NCBI GenBank assembly: GCA_021809805.1
Contig: JAJZKA010000004.1
Coordinates: forward strand, 1 to 52,675
Reading direction: 5' to 3'
Source: Actinomycetes bacterium
GTDB taxonomy: Bacteria; Actinomycetota; Acidimicrobiia; Acidimicrobiales; Bog-793
DNA length: 52,675 nucleotides
Of the stretch, positions 27,746-37,867 are shown piece by piece (position 1 is the stretch's first letter; every line of letters starts with the position of its first letter). The notes below the pieces were generated by a model that had not been told where the DNA came from, did not search any database, and worked only from the letters and a program-made list of their open reading frames with translations. A program made the translations under genes and the position numbers.

Positions 27746-29272
27746 ATGGCGTTTGTCCAGGAAGTAGAGCGGCCGGCGGCCGAAGCCGGCGGGCTCAAGA
27801 GGCAGCAGTTTCCGTACGCGTCAGAGGACGGTTTCCGGCACACGATGGTGGCGCACGGTGCTGAACTTGACTGCGCGGATCACCCGATTGACCGGACGAT
27901 GGGTTTCGATAGCCCCTGCCACGACCTGATCGGCCGGTGGGCGGAGGCGGTCCGAACTGAAAGCCCGTCCGTACTCCCGTATCCGCTTCGCCCGATCGCC
28001 GACGAGGCGATCCGGTCGCGCTTGCTCGTCGGCTTAGCGCGGCTCGAGGCAGGCGAGGACCTCGACGGTGTGAGCTTCGGGCGACGGGGCCTCGCCGCGA
28101 CGACCGAGCTCGATGCCGCAATGCTGAGGGCGGCCACCTGGGCCCGTCGCCTCGGCGGCATCGAGCGCGCTCGCTCGGTGCTCATGCGCGGCGATGTCCC
28201 CCATCTCGAAGCCGCCGTGCTGTCGGAGCCCGTGCTGCCGTGGGAGCGGTCCGCCGTCAGTCGTCTATCAGCCGGTGAGTCGCTGACGAGCTTTGCTGGC
28301 GCTGCCGGCTTCGACTTCGAGGTGTCACTCGGCCGGACCTTCTATGAGGACAACTGGGACCCCGAGATCGCCGAGCACGTCGCAGATCCCGACGCGTACA
28401 TCGTGCGTCGGCGTCACCCAGAGACCGGACAGCCCTACAAGCTGGGCAACGTCGGGAAGGACTACAAGCCTTTCCAGGCGACGGACCTGCTCGACATGGG
28501 GCTCCAGCTTGCAGCCTCGCTGGATGACAACGGGCGAATGGTTCGGAACGTGCGAGCGGCGGTCGAAGACCTCGGCGCGTTCATGTGCGTGTCGATCGAC
28601 CTTCAGGCCGAGTCGCTTGTTGCCGGTCGATACGAGGTCGGCACCCAGGTCGTCCTCACGGCCCGCCATGACGGCGGCGGCAGCGTGAAGATCCGTGCAA
28701 ACCCCTACGTCACCAATGTGACCACCGACCGGCGGGTGCCTCTCGGGCAGACGGCGCTTCACGGCGAGCGAGTGCTCGCCGCGCGGCACACGAAGAGTGT
28801 TGAGGAGCGGGCCAAGGGTCTGGCGGACTCGGTCCACGAGATGATCGCCCTCGTCGATGCGTTCTACGTCGATGCAGGGCGGCTTGCGCACACAGAGTGC
28901 ACGCGACCGGCCGTCGAGGAGATGGTCTCGACCGTGTGGGCCGGGATCAAAAGCGAGACGCGAAAGGAGCGACAGGAGCAAGTCGAGTTGCGGCTTGCTG
29001 AGCTGGCTGGCAGCGGCCACGCGAACCTGTTCGACCTCTACATCGCGACCGCGATGGTGGCGACGGCAACGCAACGAGGAACACACCGGACCCTGCGCGG
29101 GGAACTGGAGGGCACAGTCGCCCGACGCCGCACCGCGGCGTTCGCGAAGGCTCGCGATCTTCGGGTGCACCCGGCGTCGCCGCTGCGCCCGTTGCCGGGC
29201 CCTGAGCACGACTTCGAGATGGCCAACACTTACGACCCGGTCGCCGAGACGCTGTTCGGCCCGTCGCTCTAA
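27746..29272 (+). CDS. DUF932-family (phage/plasmid TIGR03299-like) protein with N-terminal extension
   Basis: AGFDFEV, LGNVGKDYKPFQ, HDGGGS, RHTKS; TAGGGT-N7-ATG with CCGTGGCAC N28 upstream. Confidence 0.75.
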   Translation: MAFVQEVERPAAEAGGLKRQQFPYASEDGFRHTMVAHGAELDCADHPIDRTMGFDSPCHDLIGRWAEAVRTESPSVLPYPLRPIADEAIRSRLLVGLARLEAGEDLDGVSFGRRGLAATTELDAAMLRAATWARRLGGIERARSVLMRGDVPHLEAAVLSEPVLPWERSAVSRLSAGESLTSFAGAAGFDFEVSLGRTFYEDNWDPEIAEHVADPDAYIVRRRHPETGQPYKLGNVGKDYKPFQATDLLDMGLQLAASLDDNGRMVRNVRAAVEDLGAFMCVSIDLQAESLVAGRYEVGTQVVLTARHDGGGSVKIRANPYVTNVTTDRRVPLGQTALHGERVLAARHTKSVEERAKGLADSVHEMIALVDAFYVDAGRLAHTECTRPAVEEMVSTVWAGIKSETRKERQEQVELRLAELAGSGHANLFDLYIATAMVATATQRGTHRTLRGELEGTVARRRTAAFAKARDLRVHPASPLRPLPGPEHDFEMANTYDPVAETLFGPSL

Positions 29273-29280
29273 GGAAGGAC

Positions 29281-30813
29281 GTGATGACGAACGACGCAGG
29301 CCAGCTGGCCTTTCTCGAGACGGCGTCCGGCGAGGACGGGAAGGCGAGGGTACAGGCACTTGCCCGCCCCGGCGACCCCCGTCCACCTCGGCTGCTCCCA
29401 AGCGAGCGCTTCGTCGGCGACGGTCCGCTGACCGACGGCGGGGAGCTACTTGATGGCGTTCGCGAGCAGTATCGAAAGCGCTCCGATGCCACGCGTGGCT
29501 CGTTCCGAGAGAGCGAGATCGCCTTCAAGCGAGCGCTCGGCGCCGCCCTCGCCCTCGACATTGTGCCAATGATCTGGAGCGTCCCCGGGACCGGTAAGTC
29601 GTCGATGATCGAGGCAGTCGGGCGGGAGCTCGGCGTCCCTGTCAAGGTGATCCTTCTGAATCAGATCGACGCCATCGATCTCGGCGGAACACCGGTCGGC
29701 GTGGAGGCGACGAGCGAGGACGTTGACCTCGATGCACCGAACAACATCTTCCAGCGTGTCCCCGGCGCCCGGGACCGCCAGGTGGCCGTTCCCCACGTTG
29801 CACCATCGTGGGCGCTGGATCTTGTAAATGCCAACTGCGGGATCTTGCTGGTTGACGAGCTCACCACTGCGCGCCCCGAGACACAGGGAAACATCCTCAA
29901 CATCATCACGTCGCGCCGCATCGGCGACCTCCAGATCCCGAGCTCAGTGCGTCTCGTGTTCGCCGGGAACCCGCCCGGGGTCGGGACGTACGGACTCACG
30001 CCCGCGCTGTCGAGCCGCCTCTGTCATCTCGACATGCCGACGAACGACGTCAACGCGTTTGCGCTGGGCCTGCTGGGCGAGCACGCTCCGGTGCCGATCC
30101 CCGAGATCCCCGAGGGGCTGCTGCACCCCCAGAGCACGGCTCGGTTCGAGGCCGCGGCGACGATCGCCGGTTTCCTCCAGGTCAACTCCGACAAGATGTC
30201 GACCCCGCCGTCAGCGAGCGAAGAGGACCCCCGAGGCTGGGGGAACAAGCGCACCTGGGGCGAGACGATGTTCATGAGGGTCGAGGCGGCCCGCGTCGCC
30301 GGCGTCATAGAGGACGACGTCGCGTTCGTGCTTGCAGCGGGAATTCTCGGCGAGGGCCTCGCCTCCGAGTACGAGCAGTTTGCTCGGAAGCGAGATCTAC
30401 CGCGCATCGAAGACATCCTCGAGCAGCCGAGGCTGGTGAAGCGCTACCCCCGGGCCGACCAAGTGCTCAGCATCCTGGCATCAATCAGCACGATGCTGAA
30501 GGCTGCGGCCGGCGATCTGTCACAGCCCCCCGAACAGCGGCAACAGCTGTGGCTCAAGGCCGCGTACGTGGTCGCTCAGGTGGCCGTGACCGAGGACATC
30601 GATGTCACGACGGACGATCTTGCTCGGCTCGTTAGCGAGCGCGGGCTGACGATCCTTTCTCCCCACGCGGACCCGGCGGCAATGGCGCTGATTCCCCTGC
30701 GCAACACCAAACCCGCGGACCTCTCGATGCCGCCCGGGCTGGCGACATTTCTCAGCGACGGACTGGCGGCGCCTGTGCTCCAGCAGCCCGTCTTTTCTGA
30801 GCGGGGTCGCTGA
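29281..30813 (+). CDS. MoxR/dynein-related AAA+ ATPase
   Basis: Walker A PGTGKSS, DLGGTP, Walker B LLVDE, AGNP, PALSSR, KRTW. Confidence 0.92.
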   Translation: MMTNDAGQLAFLETASGEDGKARVQALARPGDPRPPRLLPSERFVGDGPLTDGGELLDGVREQYRKRSDATRGSFRESEIAFKRALGAALALDIVPMIWSVPGTGKSSMIEAVGRELGVPVKVILLNQIDAIDLGGTPVGVEATSEDVDLDAPNNIFQRVPGARDRQVAVPHVAPSWALDLVNANCGILLVDELTTARPETQGNILNIITSRRIGDLQIPSSVRLVFAGNPPGVGTYGLTPALSSRLCHLDMPTNDVNAFALGLLGEHAPVPIPEIPEGLLHPQSTARFEAAATIAGFLQVNSDKMSTPPSASEEDPRGWGNKRTWGETMFMRVEAARVAGVIEDDVAFVLAAGILGEGLASEYEQFARKRDLPRIEDILEQPRLVKRYPRADQVLSILASISTMLKAAAGDLSQPPEQRQQLWLKAAYVVAQVAVTEDIDVTTDDLARLVSERGLTILSPHADPAAMALIPLRNTKPADLSMPPGLATFLSDGLAAPVLQQPVFSERGR

Positions 30814-30814
30814 C

Positions 30815-31576
30815 ATGACAACCCCCGAGCAGCGGGCGTTTTGGCAGGCGTTGACGTGCGCCGTCGCTGTCCGCGAGCCGATCGCTCTGTGGTGCAACGA
30901 GGAGGACACAGGCTTTGCAATGGTCGACTTCGTGGCACAGGCTCTTGGCGCGAAGTCGACCCGGTATGCGATTCCCGACGACTCGATCAGCGTCGAGTTG
31001 TACTTCGATCTCTGCGGGGTCCCAGATCCGGACGAGGAACACGCAGCCGTCGCCGTCCTGTGCGGGCTGGCGACGAGCAGCATGATCGACCAACAGTCGC
31101 TTGCTGCCTTGATGCTCGCCACGCGGCCGACTCGCCGCAGTCCGACCTCCGACGGCCAGGTCATCGCAGTGGTAGCCGGTGCGACGGAGGAGACATTCCT
31201 GCCGGTCGCTCTCGGGACTCACTTCCTCCACCTGGATGTTCCCGTGGGCGCTGCCGATCGTGGGGCTTTGACATGGAGCGCCGGCGTCACTCTCGGCCTG
31301 GTCCGTGCCGCGCTTCCTGCGATCGAGGAGGAAGCAGACGCCGCGAAGGGGACTGAAGGGTGGCCCTACTCACTCGAGGACGCCGCTCGAGGCATCGTCG
31401 CCACAGCCGATGCGGTCGCCCGAGCGAAGCGCCTTGAGCGGGTCGCGGACCTCATGGGCGCGTCTAATCTTGCGCTCGCAGAGTTGCTCGCTGGTGTCCT
31501 CGGTGAGCGCGTTCGCAGCCACGTCCCTAAGCGCACTCCCCCGCGCTCCCGTCGGCGCGCGTCCGTCCGAACATGA
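30815..31576 (+). CDS. Degenerate AAA+ paralog lacking Walker motifs
   Basis: PIALW(CNEEDTG) aligns with PMIW(SVPGTGKS); DLCGVP with DLGGTP; ALGTHFLHLDVP with ALSSRLCHLDMP. Confidence 0.65.
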   Translation: MTTPEQRAFWQALTCAVAVREPIALWCNEEDTGFAMVDFVAQALGAKSTRYAIPDDSISVELYFDLCGVPDPDEEHAAVAVLCGLATSSMIDQQSLAALMLATRPTRRSPTSDGQVIAVVAGATEETFLPVALGTHFLHLDVPVGAADRGALTWSAGVTLGLVRAALPAIEEEADAAKGTEGWPYSLEDAARGIVATADAVARAKRLERVADLMGASNLALAELLAGVLGERVRSHVPKRTPPRSRRRASVRT

Positions 31577-33378
31577 AGAGCTCCGAGGAGCGCCTCATCC
31601 GCGGCGTCGAGCCCGGGGCGCGAGCCGAGGCGCTCGCAGAGTTCGGTCGGGCGCGCGTCCGCGCTATCCGTATGCGCCCGTACTTCGCGACGGCGCTCTA
31701 CGCGCTCACTCCGATCATCACGAAGGAGCCGGGGCTCAAGACTGCTGCGGTTGATGACCACTGGCGGGTCTATATCAATCCGGACTACTTCCTCACGACG
31801 TTGCGTCAGCTGGCGGCCGACGAGGCGCGTCGCGGCGGGGAGATCGAGTCCCAGGCAGCGCTCGACGAACTGGCCGACGACCTCTACACGAAGGTGACGG
31901 CGGCTTTACTGCTCCACGAGCTCGAGCACGCGCTCTGCGATGATTCGGGCCGCCGGCTGCGGAACGGCATCGGCTCATCGAAGGGCGAGCTGAGCACCTG
32001 GAATCGCGCCTGCGACGCCCGAATCAACGATGGGCTGCTCGAGGATGGGCTGACCTGGGAAGCCACGAACTGGGTGTTCCCCGCTTCATTCGGCGCGCCC
32101 AACAACCTGAGCCCCGAGTTCTACTACGACCTGCTCGCGAGGAGACGGGAGACACAGCAGCAGGACCAGGAAACGCCGCAGGATGAAGGCGACCCGAGCG
32201 CCGGCTCAGGAGTCAGCGGACAGAGCGAGGAGGCCTCGGCGGAGGTCCCGACACAGAGCGGCTCCCGGCCCGGCCGGGGCGGGCAGTCGGCTTCGAGGGA
32301 GCCGAGCAGCGAACGGCACGCTCGGGACGGCTCTGGCGGGGACCAGAGTTCGGAGACTCCCGCTCGCCCCGCCAGCGGCAGAGGGAACGAGGGCACGCGA
32401 GGCGTCGAAGACTCAAGCCATGTCCCTGACGATGAGGCGCCATCCGAGGCGCTGGCCTCGCAGCCTGAATCCCGGGATGAGCCCGCCCAGCCGGCCGCTG
32501 CAGCGGGAAACGGCTCGGCGCAACAGCCTGATAGCAGCGCCGGAGCAGCGTCGCCCCAGCCTGGCAATGGCCCCTCGGCACCCAGTTGGACGAGTTGCTC
32601 GGGCGGCAGTGGCGTTACCGGCGAAAGCGAAGAGTGGGAGGAGACGAGCGCTGGCGAGACGTCGGGCCCCGACGGCTTCGGCCCTGGGGTTGACAGCATC
32701 GAGAAAGATGCCATCCGCCGTCGGACCGCCTCCGACGTGAAGTCCCACGAGAGCAGGCACGGGCGCGGCTCCGTCCCAGGCCGTTACACGCGATGGGCGG
32801 ATGCCGTTCTGCCGGCGGTAGACGGACAACAGCTGCTCCGTTCGATGGTCCGCACCGGTCTTCGAAAGCGCCAGGGCGCCCAACTCAGCTACGCGCGCCC
32901 CCACAGACGGAGCACCGCACACCTTCCTCGCCCAGGCCAGTTCCACCGAGAGACGGTTGTGGCGCTCGTTGTCGACTCATCCGCTTCGGTCGACGACGAC
33001 GAGCTCGCCCTCGAGCTCGGGCTGGTGCACAAGGTGGTCCGCTCTGCCGCCAATGAGCTCGGCGTGCGGGTCACCGGCATTGCCTGTAACGCCGAAGTGA
33101 CCTCGGTGGTCGAAGACATGCGGAACGAGGCACAGCTGAACCTCGAAGGCGGCGGGACGGACATGCGCCTGGGCATCGACGCGGCCCTGAAGATGCGGGA
33201 GCCCCCCGAGGTAATCGTCGTCGCCACCGATGGCGAGACGCCCTGGCCCGAAGCGCCAATCCCTGGGGTGGACCTGATCGCGGCGCTCTGCCGCCCGACG
33301 AAGGTCGGCCTACCGGACTGGCTCGCCACCGTTGACCTGACGGCGAGCGACGGCCGCCCGGGTCTCGGGCTCGAATGA
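31573..33378 (+). CDS. DUF2201-type metallopeptidase-like (HEXXH) + vWA protein
   Basis: TAAVD, HELEH, WNRACDARIN, acidic linker, MIDAS VDSSAS, GGGTDM, TDG.TPWP. Confidence 0.9.
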   Translation: MKSSEERLIRGVEPGARAEALAEFGRARVRAIRMRPYFATALYALTPIITKEPGLKTAAVDDHWRVYINPDYFLTTLRQLAADEARRGGEIESQAALDELADDLYTKVTAALLLHELEHALCDDSGRRLRNGIGSSKGELSTWNRACDARINDGLLEDGLTWEATNWVFPASFGAPNNLSPEFYYDLLARRRETQQQDQETPQDEGDPSAGSGVSGQSEEASAEVPTQSGSRPGRGGQSASREPSSERHARDGSGGDQSSETPARPASGRGNEGTRGVEDSSHVPDDEAPSEALASQPESRDEPAQPAAAAGNGSAQQPDSSAGAASPQPGNGPSAPSWTSCSGGSGVTGESEEWEETSAGETSGPDGFGPGVDSIEKDAIRRRTASDVKSHESRHGRGSVPGRYTRWADAVLPAVDGQQLLRSMVRTGLRKRQGAQLSYARPHRRSTAHLPRPGQFHRETVVALVVDSSASVDDDELALELGLVHKVVRSAANELGVRVTGIACNAEVTSVVEDMRNEAQLNLEGGGTDMRLGIDAALKMREPPEVIVVATDGETPWPEAPIPGVDLIAALCRPTKVGLPDWLATVDLTASDGRPGLGLE

Positions 33379-33466
33379 CGCAGGTCGGAAGAAGACTTCC
33401 CGATATGAAATCGAGTCGGGCTCCTACCGCCGCCGCAAACTCCAGTCGACGAGGCGTGACGTTCTC

Positions 33467-34318
33467 ATGATGGGCCGAACACATGCAGCGACGGGCGCCG
33501 CAGTCTGGCTCGGCGGCCTGGCAATTGCCGAGGTCCTCGGTACGCATGTCGGCATTCCGGTCGACGGAGCATCGACGCTTGCAGCGGTCGCCGGCTCGAT
33601 CGCCCCCGACCTGGATCACCCGGACTCGACCATCGCTAACGCCCCGGGGATGATGCCGGTGTGTGCCGCCGTCGGCCACGTTGCGGGCGGCCACCGCTGG
33701 GCGCTCCACTCGTGGCCCGTCGCCGTTGCTTTCGGCGGTGTCGCGCTGCTTGCCGTCGTGGGCGGCCCTGTCAGCTGGGGCGTGGCCGAGGGTATCTGCG
33801 CCTTTCTCGCGGCGCGGTCGCTGGCGCTGCTCGACATGCGGCGAAGCCTTCGTTCCTATGTGTTCGGTGCGGTCGCGGGACTCTTGGCCGCCATGTTCGT
33901 GCATCCAGGCCTGTGGTTCGGCCTAGCGATCACGGTCGGGATGCTCTGTCACGATCTCGAGGACATCGTGACCGGTGGTTGTGCGTTCGGCTGGCCCTTC
34001 GTCCGGCACATTGTCGGCGGCAAGATTGTCGGCGGCATGCGGGAGGAGGACGAGCGGAAGCGAGAACAGCGCCGCGAGCGGCGCATTCGTGGAGTCCTCT
34101 ATCCGGCGATCATCGTGCTCTTCTACGTGGTCGTCATCGGGTTCCGCCCCCCGGCGGCTCCGGCTTTCAGCCACCACCTGCGCCTTCCCAGCATCCCGGT
34201 CCACGACGTGCCTGCCCTGCTGACGCGGCAGGTCCGGGGCGTTGCCGCTTCGGTGCGCGCCCGAGCCGATCACGTCGCCCGGGTCGCGCAACGTCTTGCG
34301 CGGCACCCACTGCCATAA
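33467..34318 (+). CDS. YdjM/DUF457-like membrane metal-dependent hydrolase
   Basis: MMGRTH, PDLDHPDS, GHR..LHS, H...D motifs with TM helices. Confidence 0.88.
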   Translation: MMGRTHAATGAAVWLGGLAIAEVLGTHVGIPVDGASTLAAVAGSIAPDLDHPDSTIANAPGMMPVCAAVGHVAGGHRWALHSWPVAVAFGGVALLAVVGGPVSWGVAEGICAFLAARSLALLDMRRSLRSYVFGAVAGLLAAMFVHPGLWFGLAITVGMLCHDLEDIVTGGCAFGWPFVRHIVGGKIVGGMREEDERKREQRRERRIRGVLYPAIIVLFYVVVIGFRPPAAPAFSHHLRLPSIPVHDVPALLTRQVRGVAASVRARADHVARVAQRLARHPLP

Positions 34319-34376
34319 CGCTCTCGGTCCCAGCGATGCTCATGCTCAATACGGGAGCACAGAGGGGAGGCCGACA

Positions 34377-34781
34377 GTGGAGTTTACGAACGAAGCGCAG
34401 GCGATTCTTGTAGGTGAATTGCTGCTCGAGGCAATCGACGAGGCCCACGCTCAGGGTGACCTCGACGGTGCCGCAGTCCTTGAGAATGCTGTCTCCGCGC
34501 TCCTCATCGACCCCGACGGGCTGGCGCTGCCGGAGACGTGCTCAACGGCAGCGCGACTCCTATCGACGGCCGACATGCTCGAGGCCCAGCGAGGCGACGC
34601 CATCTTCAAGTCGGCGGGAATGGTTCTCCGTCGACTCGCCGACGGGCTTCAGGCCGAGGGCGACGTGGTTAGCCCTTTCGCCGAATTCAGCTGGGGTCCA
34701 CTTCCGACCGGCACATCTTCCGGGCCGGCGCTGCACGAGGCTCCGGCGCTGCACGAGGCTCCGGCTCGCCTCGCGGTGTAG
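34377..34781 (+). CDS. Hypothetical protein
   Basis: RBS GGGGAGG before GTG 34377; helical acidic protein. Confidence 0.6.
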   Translation: MEFTNEAQAILVGELLLEAIDEAHAQGDLDGAAVLENAVSALLIDPDGLALPETCSTAARLLSTADMLEAQRGDAIFKSAGMVLRRLADGLQAEGDVVSPFAEFSWGPLPTGTSSGPALHEAPALHEAPARLAV

Positions 34782-34819
34782 TTCCATGCCGGCAGCGACC
34801 CCCGCCGGGCGGCGGAGAC

Positions 34820-34854
34820 GAGTGACAGTCGGACGAACGGGTGTCACCTACGAT
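34820..34854 (+). promoter_or_regulatory. Motif palindrome GAGTGACAG-N12-GTGTCACCT overlapping -10 TACGAT
   Basis: Upstream of the LysM-BTAD gene; the -10 is only N20 from the left half, unlike the other copies. Confidence 0.6.
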
Positions 34855-34895
34855 TCGAGGAGGTCTGACGGTTGACGAGCACGCGAGGCGCGGTG

Positions 34896-37817
34896 ATGGC
34901 TAGTACGAGACGCACGGCGGGGAGCGCTGCTGTCGCGCTCGCGAGTCTGCTCACGATCCTGGGGATCGCATTCGCTGCTCCGGTAGCGCTGCTCCACTTT
35001 GGCGGCAACCCGATCCCCCGCTCGCTGCCTGGTGGCCACCACCTGGAGACGCTCATCACCACGCACATCCCCAACGGTGACTGGCCTCACTTCCTGGCCG
35101 AGATTGGGTGGCTCTTCTGGTTGTGGCTCATCGCTGGGATGGCTGTCCAGGCTGTTCTGATGGTCGCCGGTCGGGAGGGACGGAGAATCCCGCTCCTCGG
35201 CCCGACGCAGTTCCTCGGCGCTCTGATCTTCGTTCCCCTCCTCAGCTTCGCCAGCCACGGGGCGAGCTATGCATCGACCGTGCCTGCGTCGGCGATGCAC
35301 CGGCCTGCGGCAACCGCCAGCGCCTTAGTGCGACACGTTGCACCGCAAGCCAGTGTGGACTACGTCGTGAAGCCAGGGGACACGCTATGGAGCATCGCCG
35401 AAGCGCACTTCGGGGATCCGGAGGCGTGGCACTCGATCTGGCGGGCGAACGCCTATGACTGGATGGAGGAGGGGGAGCAGTTCTCCAACCCGTCCCTCAT
35501 CGAGGTCGGCTGGACGTTGAAGATCCCCGCAGTCGCTGCGACGAGCGCGCCGATCCCCGTCCCGGCCGTCATGGCAGCTCCGCGGGCGGCCTCGGTCCAG
35601 AGCCCACCTGAGGAGACGCCAGTCGAGTTGCCCGCCTGGCTCCTCACTCCGATAGACGGGTCAGTGCCTGCAGCGGCGACCCCCCGTGCGGGCCGACCGT
35701 CCGATGAGCTGCCTAGTGACCTCGCCCCTGCCGCGGCCGCGCCCGAAACTGCGAGTGCCCGCGTTGCGGCGCCGTCCGGCGCGCCGCTGCTGCCGTCTGA
35801 GTTGACGCCAGCGATAGGCGGCGCTTCTCCGGAGACGGCCCTCCCGGACGCGCTGCTCCCGAGCCCAGCGCTTCCGCACGTTGACGTTGCCCCGGCCGCG
35901 CCTTCGGTAGCTCGCGCCCCGGCGTTGCCGCAGGAGCTCGCGCCCAAGCTCAACTTGCCCGAGCCATCGACGCCGGCGATCCCGCCGAAGCCGCCCACCA
36001 CGGTCGCGAAGCCCTCGCCCGCCCCGATGAGCTCCTCCAGCCGTGGTTCAGACCTGGCGGACTTCGCCAGCGTGCTGGGTACGGGCGCGCTCCTAGCCGG
36101 AGGGCTACTCGTTGCACTGGATAGGCGCCGGCGCCGGCGGCGTGCGGAGCTGCTCCCTGGTGAGATAGGGGTGTCCACCTCGGACGATCTCGCGAGGGCA
36201 GAGAAGGACCTTCGCCGCGGACACCCCGAGGCCCTTGTGCGCGATATCGAGGCGCTGATCGGACATCTCGACCTGGTGGGCAGCCCGCCACTGCTGGCAG
36301 TGCGCGCGGTCGAGCGCGGGATCGAGCTCGTCGTGGCTCCAGGCACGGAACTGGCCAAGCCGTTCTTCCGCACAAGCGCTGGCTTCGGAATCCAGCGGCC
36401 CGTAGACGCTCCTCAGCGCCGCTCGACCCTCCCGACACTCCCTGCTCTCGTCTCCATCGGCGAGGATCAGCGCGGCAGTGTCCTCGTCAACCTCGAGGAG
36501 CAGGGCGCGGTCGCCGTCGAGGGTCCGCGTGAACAGGTAAGGGACATCGCTCGCGCGATCGTCACCGAGCTCACCTGGATGCCGTGGTCGACCTTGACCT
36601 CGGTCTACGTCTTCGGTGATCTCGATGTTGTTGCGACGGACGATCGAGTCCAGAGTGTCGAAGACGCCGGCGACCTCCTGGTTCTGGCAGAGCATGAGCG
36701 CTCACGGGCTGACGAGGCCATCAGCACGAGTCGCGGGACAACCGCGCAGGCAGCCCGCGCTGCGGGCACGCTGGACGGGTGCACGGTCGTGGTGTGCGCT
36801 GACCCCGTTGGTGGCCTTCTCTCCGCCGAGCTGTGCCATGCAGCTCGTGCTGGGCGTGGGATCGTGGTCATCTTCTTGGCGGACGCGCCCGATGGAGCGC
36901 AGCGGTGGGCGCTGGGCCGTGAGTGGCTCGACGTCCCTGGCATTGGCTCGATACGGCCCACTGCGCTCCCGGAGCGCCACGTCGAACTGGTGCGCGAGAC
37001 CATCGCTCAGGCCGAGATCCGCGAGACCTTCCCGCTCGACGATCTCGCCACCGAGATCGTGCCCGCTGTCCCGCAGCGGGTCGAGGACGGGACGACGGAG
37101 GGCAACCGGATCAAGGTGCGCGTGGAGCTGCTCGGGCCGTTCACGGTGAAGGTCGACGGCGAATCCGTCACGATGTCCCCTCTCGAGCGGCGCTGCATGG
37201 CGTTTCTGGCATTGCACGGCTCGGGCATCGACAACGACATTCTCGCGGACGTCCTGTGGCCTGGCAGGACGTGGAGTGACTTCGGGCGCCTCGACAAGCT
37301 CATGTGGCGCCTTCGGTCGTTGCTCGGCGGCGGCGAGGGCGCAGATCTATTCTTGCGCGGGTCCGGGCGAACGAGCTTCAACGATGCGGTCGTCCGAACC
37401 GATTTTGCCGAGTTCAAAAGCCTGTCTATTTCGGGCGCCGCCGACGACGTCGTCGCTGCCGTCGACCTAGTCCGTGGCGTTCCACTGGCAGACGCGGGGC
37501 TCGACGAATGGGACCTCCTGTACGACCAGGTCGGGCAGTTCGATGCAGCGATCACTGCCGTCTTCGATCGCTCCATCAAGGCGCTGTTGGATCGAGGCGA
37601 CCTCGTCGCAGCCCGGCGCGTGACCAGGCGAGGCCGCGGCCTCTATCCGGAGATGCAGTGGTTCCTTGCGCGAGACATCGAACTGACATCCAAGATCGAC
37701 GACATGCCGACCGCCCGCCGCCTCGTTGAGGAGTACCGGCACCAGATTCCCGACGTCCCGGTCGGACCGGAGGTCGAAGCACTCCTCGAGGAGTCCGCCG
37801 CGGCTGCCGCTGGCTAA
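34896..37817 (+). CDS. Membrane protein: TMs-LysM-Pro-rich linker-TM-degenerate P-loop-like region-wHTH-BTAD (SARP-like)
   Basis: YVVKPGDTLWSIAEAHFG...IEVGWTLKIP (LysM); TM followed by RRRRRRR; RVELLGPFTV...LADVLWP...RLRSLL (SARP wHTH); VDLVRGVPL (BTAD). Confidence 0.88.
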   Translation: MASTRRTAGSAAVALASLLTILGIAFAAPVALLHFGGNPIPRSLPGGHHLETLITTHIPNGDWPHFLAEIGWLFWLWLIAGMAVQAVLMVAGREGRRIPLLGPTQFLGALIFVPLLSFASHGASYASTVPASAMHRPAATASALVRHVAPQASVDYVVKPGDTLWSIAEAHFGDPEAWHSIWRANAYDWMEEGEQFSNPSLIEVGWTLKIPAVAATSAPIPVPAVMAAPRAASVQSPPEETPVELPAWLLTPIDGSVPAAATPRAGRPSDELPSDLAPAAAAPETASARVAAPSGAPLLPSELTPAIGGASPETALPDALLPSPALPHVDVAPAAPSVARAPALPQELAPKLNLPEPSTPAIPPKPPTTVAKPSPAPMSSSSRGSDLADFASVLGTGALLAGGLLVALDRRRRRRRAELLPGEIGVSTSDDLARAEKDLRRGHPEALVRDIEALIGHLDLVGSPPLLAVRAVERGIELVVAPGTELAKPFFRTSAGFGIQRPVDAPQRRSTLPTLPALVSIGEDQRGSVLVNLEEQGAVAVEGPREQVRDIARAIVTELTWMPWSTLTSVYVFGDLDVVATDDRVQSVEDAGDLLVLAEHERSRADEAISTSRGTTAQAARAAGTLDGCTVVVCADPVGGLLSAELCHAARAGRGIVVIFLADAPDGAQRWALGREWLDVPGIGSIRPTALPERHVELVRETIAQAEIRETFPLDDLATEIVPAVPQRVEDGTTEGNRIKVRVELLGPFTVKVDGESVTMSPLERRCMAFLALHGSGIDNDILADVLWPGRTWSDFGRLDKLMWRLRSLLGGGEGADLFLRGSGRTSFNDAVVRTDFAEFKSLSISGAADDVVAAVDLVRGVPLADAGLDEWDLLYDQVGQFDAAITAVFDRSIKALLDRGDLVAARRVTRRGRGLYPEMQWFLARDIELTSKIDDMPTARRLVEEYRHQIPDVPVGPEVEALLEESAAAAAG

Positions 37818-37819
37818 GC

Positions 37820-37861
37820 GAGTGACACGCCATGGGCGGCGTAGTGTCACAGGGTTAGCCT
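37820..37861 (+). promoter_or_regulatory. Motif promoter GAGTGACAC-N15-GTGTCACAG, -10 TAGCCT
   Basis: N27 to TAGCCT (37856-37861), N6 to ATG 37868. Confidence 0.75.
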
Positions 37862-37867
37862 CCAGGT

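Noticed and set aside
28322-28330. GTGTCACTC copy inside the DUF932 CDS
   Set aside because: No -10 at N26-28 and no downstream start; likely a coding coincidence.
34725-34765. 18-bp tandem duplication (PALHEA x2)
   Set aside because: Simple in-frame slippage near a C-terminus; no functional signal.
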